From: a virus
Taxonomy: Duplodnaviria; Caudoviricetes
DNA length: 64,000 nt
Virus record (IMG/VR): IMGVR_UViG_3300020045_002296
Span: 1 to 64,000 of that record
Strand: one strand, 5' to 3'
Each line of letters begins with the position of its first letter. Within the stretch, counting starts at the first letter, position 1. The notes under the pieces are model-generated. The model was given only the letters and a program-made list of their open reading frames with translations, made no database searches and was not told the origin of the DNA. The translations under genes were made by a program, and so were the position numbers. Below are positions 27,579 through 37,689 of the stretch, piece after piece.

Positions 27579-28718
27579 TTATTTAGCTAATGACCAGCCT
27601 TTGCAAATTCCTGCTGGTATTTTACTGAACAAAGGTTTAATATGGAACCCGTATTTTTCTTTAAAATCTGATCTTCTACCCGAGAATAATTCTCCGCTTG
27701 TATGAATTAAATTATAGATATTAAAGTCAATGCGTAAAGATTGTATGTCTGTCCCTGTTATAACCCATCCTTTATAGCTTTTACCTCCAGTTTTATTGCT
27801 AAACAAACTGCTTACATTTATACTATGGACACTTTCAATATCATTTCTTGTCCCTAGAAATACATCTCCAGTTAAAACATTTGTAAATGAATACTCATTC
27901 TTATCCGACCTACCATTTCCGAGTCCTGAATTATGGTTTAGTAATGAATATGCATCTGTGCCATTGAGTGTTTCTGTAAGACACCAATCATAAATTCTTT
28001 TATTAGCACTTTTACCAAATATTGACCCGATACGTATATTGTACTTTTCTTCAAATTCATACCGCTTACACTTTATTGCTTCAAGGGTTATAAGATTTGT
28101 AAAAGAGTATTCATTCTTATCGAGGAATGCATTAAGCGAATATTTACCACTGAACTTACAAAGTATTGCTTCTATCTCATCACTTGTTAAAGTACCTTCT
28201 ATAATCCAACCACTACAGGGTTTAATAGTGTTTAAATTTCTTGTTTGGTGGAATCTTAAACCGAAATGAGTATTAAATTCATACCTAGTACCTTTGAAAG
28301 AGTTGTTAGTGTTTATATTAACAAAACTGTAGATAGTATCGTCATGTAGAGGGTGGTTAGCCCCTGAAACTCTGTCTGATAAGTTCTTCCTGTATTTCTT
28401 TGATGGAATCCAACCGCTTGTACCATCTCCGCCATCTGTGTGATTTACTAGGCAACCTGTACCATTATCAATCCTACCGTATCTTAGAATAAGCTCACAC
28501 TCTAACTCGAAGGCATACCATTCTTGTATATCATTAACAACTATCTCAACAGTAAGTCCATGTTTAGCACTGGTGTTACGCCATAACTTTGACCTACTTA
28601 CTGTTTTAGATGTAGCCCATGCCCGTTTACCCTTGCCCTTACCAACGTAGAACACCTCGCCGTTTGTTTTCTTACGGTGAATATAAACATAATAGTTGTT
28701 ATCCTTCTTCTTTTCCAT
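27579..28718 (-). CDS. GIY-YIG homing endonuclease with four C-terminal repeats
   Basis: YYVYIHRKKTNGEVFYVGKG...LVNHTDGGDG; repeated YSF.N...F.G.R..F...GW units. Confidence 0.88.
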   Translation of the reverse strand: MEKKKDNNYYVYIHRKKTNGEVFYVGKGKGKRAWATSKTVSRSKLWRNTSAKHGLTVEIVVNDIQEWYAFELECELILRYGRIDNGTGCLVNHTDGGDGTSGWIPSKKYRKNLSDRVSGANHPLHDDTIYSFVNINTNNSFKGTRYEFNTHFGLRFHQTRNLNTIKPCSGWIIEGTLTSDEIEAILCKFSGKYSLNAFLDKNEYSFTNLITLEAIKCKRYEFEEKYNIRIGSIFGKSANKRIYDWCLTETLNGTDAYSLLNHNSGLGNGRSDKNEYSFTNVLTGDVFLGTRNDIESVHSINVSSLFSNKTGGKSYKGWVITGTDIQSLRIDFNIYNLIHTSGELFSGRRSDFKEKYGFHIKPLFSKIPAGICKGWSLAK

Positions 28719-29506
28719 TTCAATCCTTAGTCCCTTAGATAAGACTCAGGAAGTACAAGGGCGGTACTTGTCAGTAGGTTAATTACTTCCTACCTATCCT
28801 TTATCTATTAATTATATTTCCTGTACTTAATTGATACTAACCTAAGTAATACTTAAGATTAAATCTTAGTACAGTATTCCCTAAGCAAACCAAAAGATAA
28901 AGTTCACCCTTTAGCACGCAGAGAGTACACAGCGTACCTTGCGAACCAAAGAGGAAAGTAACTTAAAGTTTACTTAGGGTTTATTCCCTGAAGTCCTTAA
29001 TCCATCAATTCACCTAAACCAAGGGGAACGAGTCCAGCCTAGCTTAAGCCTTTAACCTATGATGACCAACAGCTCATGCTGCTAGCGTTATTCGGTACTG
29101 AAGTATTCGAGAGATTTAGCTCGTAAAGTGCTTGCGCTTGTCTTGCTGAGACTTGATGAACAGCATGTGTGAGTAGAACTCCATCTACCCCTAAGACCTT
29201 TGTATCAGTTAACGCAAGTATATCACCCGTTGTCATCAAAGTCAATGAAATCTTTAAAATAACTTAAAGAAAGTTCATTTAGTAGATGCGCTCAACATTA
29301 AGCTGATCTAAAGGTTCACTAGTAACAGTGTAACGCACCAGAACAGCCTATAGTGCTTTATAAAGTACCAAACAATGCAACCATAGCCTGACTACTGTAT
29401 AGAGCCTTGTATGGCTTCCTATGCCTTTCTGTAGATATTCTTAATTCAAGAACTGAGAACTAGAGTATTTAAGATGCTTATTTAAAAATATTTATCCTGT
29501 GTTTAC

Positions 29507-29535
29507 TTGCTTTCTGTGGTATACAGTGATATAAT
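29507..29535 (+). promoter_or_regulatory. sigma70 promoter restarting the tail operon
   Basis: TTGCTT-17-TATAAT. Confidence 0.65.
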
Positions 29536-29578
29536 CCGTCTATCAACCCATTGATTAACATAAAGGAAAACTATCACT

Positions 29579-30010
29579 ATGGCAAAACCAGCACAAGCAA
29601 CTATTTTTAACTTCACTAAGAACTCTCTAAGCAAAATTGCTGAAGTAGGCTCTGATGTAAAAATCCTTCTTCCAGACGGTACAGACACTGGAGCAGTAAT
29701 TAAAGTACGAGGTGATCAGTCACTAATTGTACGCTCATACGGTCGTAAGCTATTCCAAGAATACACATTGAAGAAACAAGCTGCACTGGCTCGTAAACGT
29801 GAACCAGAGGAACTGTCCTTGGAAGAAGCTGAAGAACTCCAGATTACCGCAGCAGTTACACGGACTATTTCTTGGAGTGGTATCGGTGGTGATGAAGGTG
29901 AGATTGCATTCAGTGAATCAGCGGCCCGTAAGCTTTACACTGATGAACCTTGGATCAAAGATCTTGTGATGGAAGCTGCGCAGGACTCCTTTCGCTTTTG
30001 CGGAAAGTGA
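29579..30010 (+). CDS. tail assembly chaperone (gpG-like)
   Basis: between tube and tape measure; PDGTDTGAVIKVRG...WSGIG...LYTDEPWIKDLV. Confidence 0.78.
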   Translation: MAKPAQATIFNFTKNSLSKIAEVGSDVKILLPDGTDTGAVIKVRGDQSLIVRSYGRKLFQEYTLKKQAALARKREPEELSLEEAEELQITAAVTRTISWSGIGGDEGEIAFSESAARKLYTDEPWIKDLVMEAAQDSFRFCGK

Positions 30011-30371
30011 AATACAGCAAGGTATAAAGTACGTAGAGACTCAGTTTAACTTCAGCTCTAAGAAACGCTCAGAGCTAGAAGCAGCTTGGAAACAATTAGG
30101 TAGAAAACCACAAGAACTCGTTGAGCTAGACAATGCTGTTCTGCCAGAAGCACTCACAGAAGTGTACCAGTGGTTTCTAGCCTTGAATAACAGACGTAAC
30201 TCAGGTATGGGTGTATGTCCTATTCTGTTCACTGAGATGCTAGCTTTCTTCACTTTAATGGATATACAACCTCTCCCTTGGGAGATACAAGTACTTAGTG
30301 CTTTTGATAACACAGTCTTGAGTATATACCAAAAGCAACAAGAAGCCGAGCAAAAGAAAAACAAGAAGTAA
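29991..30371 (+). CDS. gpT-like second chaperone frame, probably reached by +1 frameshift
   Basis: frame open from before 29991 to 30371; LPEALTEVYQWFLAL...PWEIQVLSAFD; no good ATG/SD. Confidence 0.7.
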   Translation, partial: FAFAESEIQQGIKYVETQFNFSSKKRSELEAAWKQLGRKPQELVELDNAVLPEALTEVYQWFLALNNRRNSGMGVCPILFTEMLAFFTLMDIQPLPWEIQVLSAFDNTVLSIYQKQQEAEQKKNKK

Positions 30372-30390
30372 AAGTTAAACCTAGAGACAA

Positions 30391-30424
30391 CCTTGATGTT
30401 AACCACATCAGGGTCTTTCTTTTT
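30391..30424 (+). terminator. terminator-like hairpin before the tape measure gene
   Basis: ccttgatgt-taacc-acatcaggg then T run. Confidence 0.55.
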
Positions 30425-30479
30425 ATACATGGATTCCCTGTGTATAAACACAAAGACCACTTGAATCAAAGGAGACACT

Positions 30480-33400
30480 GTGGAATTAGATTCACTAAAA
30501 TTTACAGTAGAGACAACAGCATTAGATGATGCTATTACGAAAGTTGGTACTCTGCAATTGGCAGTTAAGAAGCTGGGCTCTGATACTGCTTCCCCGTCAG
30601 CTCGACAAGCAGCTAAAGAACAAGCTCAGATTACTTTAGATCAAGTTAAAGCTGAGACCGCTTTGATTGAAGCTCGTGGTAAACAAGCTAAGGCTATCGA
30701 GAAACTCAGCGAACCTCAAGAGAAGCTAACGAAAGCAGCTAAGGATACAAACGCTGTTCTTGAACGTCAAGAGAAAATCTACGAGAACATGATTAATTAC
30801 GGTTTGTCTAAAGGACAAGCCAGTACATTAGCAATGGCTCAAGCTCAAGATATTGCCGCTGATAGTGCTCAGAAGCTTATTGACGTAATGAAAGACACCC
30901 GTAAGTACGTTGGTGGAGATACATTCGACAAGAGTACTGCTGGTATGGTTGCTATGCAGAACCGTTACGAGACTTTGCTTGTAGCTGCAAAGAACTACGC
31001 AGAAGGTTCTGTTTTAAATATCCGTCAAGCCCAAGATCTTGCTTTAGATACTGAGAGACTTGCTGCTAAGAATCAGCTACTTGGTATTACAGGAGCAGAC
31101 GCTACAGCTAGCATCAACGCAATGACCTCAGCGTTTAAAGCATTAGCTACTCAAGAAAATGAGCAATCCAGAGCCAATGACGCTCATGCAGCTTTAATTA
31201 AGAAGAACTCTGAGATTATGGCAGCAGCAGAAAGAGAGCGTGTAGAGGCTCATCTTAATTCTGGTCAGGTGCTTTTTGATACAGCTCAACTTAGATTAAA
31301 GCAAGATCAGCAGACTCATACAGCCATTATGAGTGAAATGAGTTCTTACTACAAGAATCTAGAAGCTCAAGATGCAGCCCACGAAAAAGCTATGTCTAAG
31401 CAAACTAAAGCCCAAGTAGATACTACAGGTAATGCTGCGGTTGCTCTGTTTGTAAAAGACCAAGAGAAGAAAGCTAAAGCAGTTGAAAAATCAGTGAATG
31501 ATCAAGCTAAGGCTTATGCTAAAGTAGAAGAAGCACTTGCCCGCTTAGATAACCGTATTGTGCAAATGTCAGGTCATGACCCTGTTAGTAAAACAGCAGC
31601 TAATGAGTTGTTCAATTTTGAGAAGCAATTGAAAGCTTCTGGAGTAGCTGCTGATACTGCTGCTAAACATCTAGAGTCATTCCGTGCTAAACAGAAGCAA
31701 ATATCTGACTTAGCTAGCTCTGAGGAAATAAAGCGTATGGAGCATTTATCTCGTGCTCTTGCTCCACAGGTAACTGATATTTCTGTTGGCTTACTGACAG
31801 GTCAGAATCCACTGACTATCTTCTTACAACAAGGTGGACAGATTCGAGATCAGATTGGCCTAAGCCAAGTAGCTACGGAGAACCTTGGTAAAGTATTCAA
31901 AGATACCTTTACTATGATGGGTACTATGGTAGCAGCAATGGGTAAAGCTCTTTTGTTATGGATGGCTACACCTATTGGAATGGCAATTAGTGCTATTGCG
32001 GCTATTGGACTAGCGGCCTACGAAGCAAGTAAACTTTTATTTGCTTTTGAGAAACAGAATTTAGAGCTTGTTAAAACACTAGAGGTGTTTGGTAATGCTG
32101 CTGGTATGACTTCCGATAAGATAAGAGAAATATCTAGAGAAGCAGCATCTGTTGAAGGCGTAAGCTATAACAAAGCTGTATCGGCTCTGATTGAACTTTC
32201 AAAGACAAGTGAAGTGTCTGGAGAGATGTTTCTTGAGTTCGGTAAGAACGCTGCACTGTTTGAAAGGTATGCTGGAGTATCAGTTTCTGAAACTGCTAAA
32301 CAGTATAAGGAGCTTGGTAAAGATCCTCTTAAAGCCGTTATGAAGTTAAGCGAAGAAACAGGATTCTTCACCGCAGTAATCGTTGAGCAAGTTGCAGAAC
32401 TGGAGCGTCTAGGTAAAAAAGATGAAGCTGCTGCACTTGCACAGAAAACACTCTCAGATGCACAAGCCGCTTCTACCGCTAGAATGAAAGAGTCCCTCAC
32501 AGGATTCTCTAAGTTTATGGATACAGTAGGGTCTGCCGCACAAAGCATGTGGGACAAGATAACAGGTGGAGCAGCAAAGGTATCTTACGGAGATCAAATC
32601 TCTAAGCTAAAATCCGATCTAAAAACACTTGAATTTGACAAGGCTATGTCTGGTGCTGGATTAGCTTCTGTTCTGTTTAGTGATCCAGCTATTAAGAAGA
32701 AAGAGCAAGAACTTGCAAAACTAGAGGCTCTACAGGCAAGGGATATTAAGTTAGCTCAAGATCAGCAAAAGAACAAAGAACAAACTAAAGCCCAAGGCGA
32801 CTTTGAAGCTTTCGTAAATAAAGTAAGAATTACACCAGAAAAGAAAGTTCAAGACAGTGCTTTAGCTCTGGAGTTAAGTAACAAGCTTATTCTAGCTGCT
32901 GAAGGAGACGTTGAAAAGATTCAGCAGATTATCCAGCGTAGAGACAAAGCTTTACATGATATTGAAACTGGTAAAAAAGGTGATAAGAAACCTAAAGAAG
33001 ATTCCACGAGTGCTTTCTCAATCAGTTTAACCAACGAACTCCAACAGTACGAAAAGCAATATGCTATTGAGATTAAGCTACAGGATGATTTTATTCGTCA
33101 GGAGAAAGCTAGACTTGATAACGCTCTAAGTGCTAAGGAAATCACTCAAGGTGAGTTCAATGCTAGAGATATTGCTGCTAGTGAAAAAGGATACACAGAT
33201 AGACAAAAACTAAGTGATAGTTTCTACTCTGGGATTATCTCAAAGAACGAGAAGAATATCTCCGAGATGTCCAAGCAGTACTTACAATGGGTGAGTGAAA
33301 GCTCTGGTACACCTAAGTTCGCTGAGAAAAACGCAGAAGCAGTTGAAGAACTTCGTAAGAAGATTATCAATGCTAACAACGAAACCTCAGTGTTTATTGA

Positions 33401-36400
33401 GAAGATTCAAGCTAGTGCTACTGGCGCTAAAGAAACAGCATTTACTCGTTTCAGTAAACAGCTTAGTATCTTGAAAGGTGAGATCGTAGGTATCAACTTA
33501 GCTTACTCTGAGTACTTGCAATCAGAAGCTAATATAACTAAGCAGAAGCAGCAACAGATCTCTCTAGAGGATAAGCTGAGGTTTGCATCCCCAGAACAAG
33601 CAGCTTATATCAAGGCTTCAGCGGATGAAACTGAAAGGCTTACTAAACAAGTACAAGAGTACGATAAGCAAATCAGAGCTGCTGAGTTATCGTTAAACGG
33701 TGCTTTGTCTGTTGCACAAGAGCAATATGTGGCTACTGGTGAAGTTACAGAACAAACGCAGAAGCTTCTGGATAAAGAGCAAGAGCGCTATAACTTGTTA
33801 GTCAAGACTAAGGGTTTAATTGAAAGTACATCAAGTGCTAAAGTTGCTGTTGCCGGTCAAGATGCTCAGTTGAAGTACCAAAAAGACCAAATGAAAGCTC
33901 TTAGCGATTCAGTTTCTGGAGCTATCGAGCTTGGTCTGTACGAAGGCGGTGATGCTGGTAGCAAAGCTCTTAGGAAGATCATTGAAGCTGAACTTCGTAA
34001 ACCTATTACTATTTTCATCAAAGCAGTTGTTGGAGATATTCTAGGAGGTTCTGTAGCAGGAGGTTCAACATCTCTGGTAAGCTCACTAGGTTCTGCTGTA
34101 TCTTCATCTAGTTTATTCTCTGAAGGTGGTTCTCTGGCAGGAGCTGGAGTATTTGCAAGCAAACTAGGTGCTGGTATAGCTAATGGTTTTGCAAGCACAA
34201 TGGCAGGAGCATCTGTATCAAGCACATTAGGTGTAGGATCAACAGTTGGTGGTGCCGCAGGAGCTGGCCTAGGGATTGGAGCTGTTGCACCCTATGCCTT
34301 AGCTGCCCTAGCTGTATATTCTTTAATGAAAGATAACGGTGGAACACCGACAGCTACAACTGGTGATGCTAATATATCATTTGGTTCAAAAGGTGATATA
34401 ACTAGTCGCAAAACATCTTCAGATTACTTCTGGGGTGGTAGCATGACAAAGGCTGCTGATGACTTTGTTCTTAATTTAAATAAGACCTATCTTGATACTG
34501 CGAAGAACTTAGGTATTGCTGCTGTAGATACTTACTTCTCTTATAGTGGGAACACAGGTGAGAACGGTTCTAAACCTAACTTTGCCATAAGATCTTCCGC
34601 AGGTAATCAGACATACAGCAGCGGAGAAACATCTCTAAGTGATACAGCAGTTAGTCTTGCAGCTTCACGTGCTGTATTGAATGCTCTACAGAAGTCAGAC
34701 CTTCCTAAATATCTTTCTGGTGTTTTTGATGGTATTACTGTGTCTAGTATGACTCAAGAGCAGATTACTTCTAGTCTAGCTGGAGCTACAGCACTGAAAG
34801 AGTTCCATGACCAACTACAGTTGCTTCCGTTTCAATCTCTGAAAGACCTCAGCTATACAGCAACAGAAGCACTGAAATACTTCAGTGGTGGTCTTGATAA
34901 GTTCGGTACTAACCTCGGTACTTACTATGATAAGTTCTATACTGCTGAAGAAAAGAACACTGTGTTACTTAATAACACAAAGAAAGCTTTTGAAGACTTA
35001 GGTCTAGTACTACCAGATATTAACGATAAGACACGTGCAAACTACAGAGCTATGGTCGATGAATTATCAGCCAAGGACTTGAGCATCTCTAAGAACGCTG
35101 CAGCTTATGCTGGTGTACTACAGTTAGCTGACTCTGTAGATAAATTAGCACCGGCTTTAGACAAAACATCTACTGCTATTGTAGATACTGTAAAGATTCT
35201 ACAAGACGCTGCTAACGAAGCTATAGCAACTAATAACAAGCTACTACAAGACAGACTACAGAGTGCTACAGATCAGGCTAATGCTGCAATGAGTGCTCTA
35301 ACCAAGAGTGTTCAAGCACAGAAAGATGCTAATGCTACTTTACTAAGTACACAATCAGATGCTATTCAACTTAGCTTAGATGGTGTATCTAGTAGTATTT
35401 CTAAACTGAAGGAACTATCCTCTAGTTTGAAATCCACATTAGACGGTATGAGAATTACTGGTTCTGAGGGGGGTTACAGATTAAGTGCTCAAGAGCAAAT
35501 TCGACAAGCATTACTGAAAGCTAGATCAGGTGGGGGACTTCCTTTAGACGGTCAACTAACAAGTGCTCTAGCTACAGTAAGTAAACCTTCAGAGAATTTG
35601 TTTGGAAGCTTTGAGGATTATGCTAGGGATTTCTATAGAACTGCTAATGATATTTCTGACTTGAACGATTTAACTAATAAGCAATTAACAGAAAATGAAG
35701 TCACACAAGGGATATTAAATAAACAACTCAAGGAGATTAAAGCTGGTTTTGATACCGAGAACAAAGCGCTTGATGATATTCTAAAGAATGCACAACTACA
35801 ACTTGATGCTGCTAATGGTTTAGATGTGACAATCAGAACTGTAACAGAATCACTAAAGAGTTTCGGTGATGCTATCTTGAAGCTAACATCAGAAAGAGCT
35901 ACTCAGGATTTAGCTACCTCAAGAGGTGTTACGTATACCAAAGAGGATATTCTAGCAGCAGTTAAAGCTTCGTTAGAAGCTGGTGGATCAGTAGCTGACA
36001 TTTATAAAGCTGCTGCACTGAAGTTTGGTGTAGGCGCTAGTACGATTACAGAAGCTACTACTGGAAGTGGACTAGTTGGTTTCAACCAGACACCTACTAA
36101 GTACTCTCCAGAGGAAATCCTATCAGCGGTTAAAGCTTCGTTATCTCAAGGAGCTACAGTAGCTGACATTTATAAAGCTGCTTATGACAAGTTCGGTGTA
36201 ACAACCGCTCAAGTTAATTCAGCAGTACAAGGTCAGGGTTTAAGTGGTTTTACTACTGGAGCTGCTACAGGTACCCAATTCTCACAAGATCAGATGGCAG
36301 CATGGTTAAGTCAGGCTAATGCTGCTGGTTGGTCCGTTGCTGAAATGTACAACAGAGCTTTAAGTGACTACGGTGTTAGTAATAGCACTTTAGCACAAGT

Positions 36401-36710
36401 AGGACATGCTGTAGGTATTCCTGGGTTCGCTGTAGGTACTAACTACGTTCCTTATGATATGACTGCTAATATCCATAAAGGTGAGCGTATTATTCCAGCA
36501 GCAGATAATTTAATGCTCATGGACACACTTAGTAGAGTTAGCTATAACCAACAAGGATCAAACGATTCAGAACTTAAAGAGGAACTAAACGATATGAAAA
36601 TCCTATTGAAATCAGCTTTGGATAAAATCGCTGATAATACTAAACAGACTGCTGATCTACTGGATGCTGTTACAGCAGGTGGTAATGCAATGTTAACAGA
36701 AGTAGCTTAA
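30480..36710 (+). CDS. tail tape measure protein with long C-terminal extension
   Basis: 2076 aa helical Ala-rich; GQNPLTIFLQQGGQIRD lambda-type motif; ends GFAVGTNYVPYDMTANIHKGERIIP. Confidence 0.9.
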   Translation: MELDSLKFTVETTALDDAITKVGTLQLAVKKLGSDTASPSARQAAKEQAQITLDQVKAETALIEARGKQAKAIEKLSEPQEKLTKAAKDTNAVLERQEKIYENMINYGLSKGQASTLAMAQAQDIAADSAQKLIDVMKDTRKYVGGDTFDKSTAGMVAMQNRYETLLVAAKNYAEGSVLNIRQAQDLALDTERLAAKNQLLGITGADATASINAMTSAFKALATQENEQSRANDAHAALIKKNSEIMAAAERERVEAHLNSGQVLFDTAQLRLKQDQQTHTAIMSEMSSYYKNLEAQDAAHEKAMSKQTKAQVDTTGNAAVALFVKDQEKKAKAVEKSVNDQAKAYAKVEEALARLDNRIVQMSGHDPVSKTAANELFNFEKQLKASGVAADTAAKHLESFRAKQKQISDLASSEEIKRMEHLSRALAPQVTDISVGLLTGQNPLTIFLQQGGQIRDQIGLSQVATENLGKVFKDTFTMMGTMVAAMGKALLLWMATPIGMAISAIAAIGLAAYEASKLLFAFEKQNLELVKTLEVFGNAAGMTSDKIREISREAASVEGVSYNKAVSALIELSKTSEVSGEMFLEFGKNAALFERYAGVSVSETAKQYKELGKDPLKAVMKLSEETGFFTAVIVEQVAELERLGKKDEAAALAQKTLSDAQAASTARMKESLTGFSKFMDTVGSAAQSMWDKITGGAAKVSYGDQISKLKSDLKTLEFDKAMSGAGLASVLFSDPAIKKKEQELAKLEALQARDIKLAQDQQKNKEQTKAQGDFEAFVNKVRITPEKKVQDSALALELSNKLILAAEGDVEKIQQIIQRRDKALHDIETGKKGDKKPKEDSTSAFSISLTNELQQYEKQYAIEIKLQDDFIRQEKARLDNALSAKEITQGEFNARDIAASEKGYTDRQKLSDSFYSGIISKNEKNISEMSKQYLQWVSESSGTPKFAEKNAEAVEELRKKIINANNETSVFIEKIQASATGAKETAFTRFSKQLSILKGEIVGINLAYSEYLQSEANITKQKQQQISLEDKLRFASPEQAAYIKASADETERLTKQVQEYDKQIRAAELSLNGALSVAQEQYVATGEVTEQTQKLLDKEQERYNLLVKTKGLIESTSSAKVAVAGQDAQLKYQKDQMKALSDSVSGAIELGLYEGGDAGSKALRKIIEAELRKPITIFIKAVVGDILGGSVAGGSTSLVSSLGSAVSSSSLFSEGGSLAGAGVFASKLGAGIANGFASTMAGASVSSTLGVGSTVGGAAGAGLGIGAVAPYALAALAVYSLMKDNGGTPTATTGDANISFGSKGDITSRKTSSDYFWGGSMTKAADDFVLNLNKTYLDTAKNLGIAAVDTYFSYSGNTGENGSKPNFAIRSSAGNQTYSSGETSLSDTAVSLAASRAVLNALQKSDLPKYLSGVFDGITVSSMTQEQITSSLAGATALKEFHDQLQLLPFQSLKDLSYTATEALKYFSGGLDKFGTNLGTYYDKFYTAEEKNTVLLNNTKKAFEDLGLVLPDINDKTRANYRAMVDELSAKDLSISKNAAAYAGVLQLADSVDKLAPALDKTSTAIVDTVKILQDAANEAIATNNKLLQDRLQSATDQANAAMSALTKSVQAQKDANATLLSTQSDAIQLSLDGVSSSISKLKELSSSLKSTLDGMRITGSEGGYRLSAQEQIRQALLKARSGGGLPLDGQLTSALATVSKPSENLFGSFEDYARDFYRTANDISDLNDLTNKQLTENEVTQGILNKQLKEIKAGFDTENKALDDILKNAQLQLDAANGLDVTIRTVTESLKSFGDAILKLTSERATQDLATSRGVTYTKEDILAAVKASLEAGGSVADIYKAAALKFGVGASTITEATTGSGLVGFNQTPTKYSPEEILSAVKASLSQGATVADIYKAAYDKFGVTTAQVNSAVQGQGLSGFTTGAATGTQFSQDQMAAWLSQANAAGWSVAEMYNRALSDYGVSNSTLAQVGHAVGIPGFAVGTNYVPYDMTANIHKGERIIPAADNLMLMDTLSRVSYNQQGSNDSELKEELNDMKILLKSALDKIADNTKQTADLLDAVTAGGNAMLTEVA

Positions 36711-36713
36711 CCA

Positions 36714-37634
36714 ATGGCATCTCTTAGTGTACTAGCCCCAGTCACTATTGTAGATGCTTTACTAACCAGCAGTACAGCCCCTGAAACGGACTACGCTGTT
36801 TGGTTAGTAGGTAGTACTTATGCTGTTGGTAACAGAGTTATCTCAACAGTTACGCATAGGATTTATGAATCCTTACGGGCAAGTAACATAGGTCATGATC
36901 CTACTGATATTTTAAATAGAACTGGTACAACACCTTGGTGGCTAGATGTAGGACCAACCAACAGATACGCAATGTTTGATGGTGAAGCTAGTACACAAAC
37001 AGTTATTGCATCTCCTCTTACAGTTGTACTTCATCCCGGAGCATTCAACAGTGTTTACTTAGCAGGATTAGACGGAGATGCCCTTAGTATCACTGTTAAG
37101 GATTCTCCCGGTGGAAGTACTATTTATACTTATACAGGAGATTTAGAAGCCTCTGAACCCCCTGATTATTATGAGTATTTCTTTGATAGATTTCAACCTC
37201 AAACTGACTTCTTAGCTAGTGATATACCATCTTATATCAATGCAGAACTAACTGTTAGTATAACAAAAGTAACAGGTAGTGTTAAATGCGGGGTACTTGC
37301 TCTTGGTGATCTAAGACCACTGGGGTTAACACAGTACGGTGCTAAAGCTAAACCAAAGACTTACAGTTATATCAAGATTGATGAGTTTGGTAATAACGTA
37401 ATTAAACGTAGAAAGTCAGCTAAAGATATGAGCGCGAGTTCTTTTGTGAAAATAGAAGAAGCTAACCTTGTTTTAGATACTATTACAGAATTACTAGATG
37501 TACCTTGTGTGTGGATAGGTACAGATATTCAAGAATATTCAGGCTTACGAGTTTATGGACTAGGGTCAGCAGAACTTTCTTATGATCAACCTCAAGTGGC
37601 TACTTTGAACTTAACAGTGCAAGGTTTAATTTAA
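36714..37634 (+). CDS. distal tail / tail tip protein
   Basis: directly after the tape measure; WWLDVGPTNRYAMFDG...KIDEFGN...RRKSAK. Confidence 0.65.
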   Translation: MASLSVLAPVTIVDALLTSSTAPETDYAVWLVGSTYAVGNRVISTVTHRIYESLRASNIGHDPTDILNRTGTTPWWLDVGPTNRYAMFDGEASTQTVIASPLTVVLHPGAFNSVYLAGLDGDALSITVKDSPGGSTIYTYTGDLEASEPPDYYEYFFDRFQPQTDFLASDIPSYINAELTVSITKVTGSVKCGVLALGDLRPLGLTQYGAKAKPKTYSYIKIDEFGNNVIKRRKSAKDMSASSFVKIEEANLVLDTITELLDVPCVWIGTDIQEYSGLRVYGLGSAELSYDQPQVATLNLTVQGLI

Positions 37635-37689
37635 CATCAAGCAAAGCCTTTCACGCTTTGCGCCAGACAAACACTAAATAAAGGATAAC

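Noticed and set aside
29057-29245. 62-aa ORF in the long non-coding tract
   Set aside because: No SD or recognisable motif; cannot be supported, though not excluded.
29980-30010. Classical -1 frameshift in the tail chaperone
   Set aside because: The downstream frame is +1 and no X XXY YYZ heptamer is present.
26302-37634. Contractile (myovirus) tail
   Set aside because: No sheath, baseplate wedge or spike genes between head and lysis modules.
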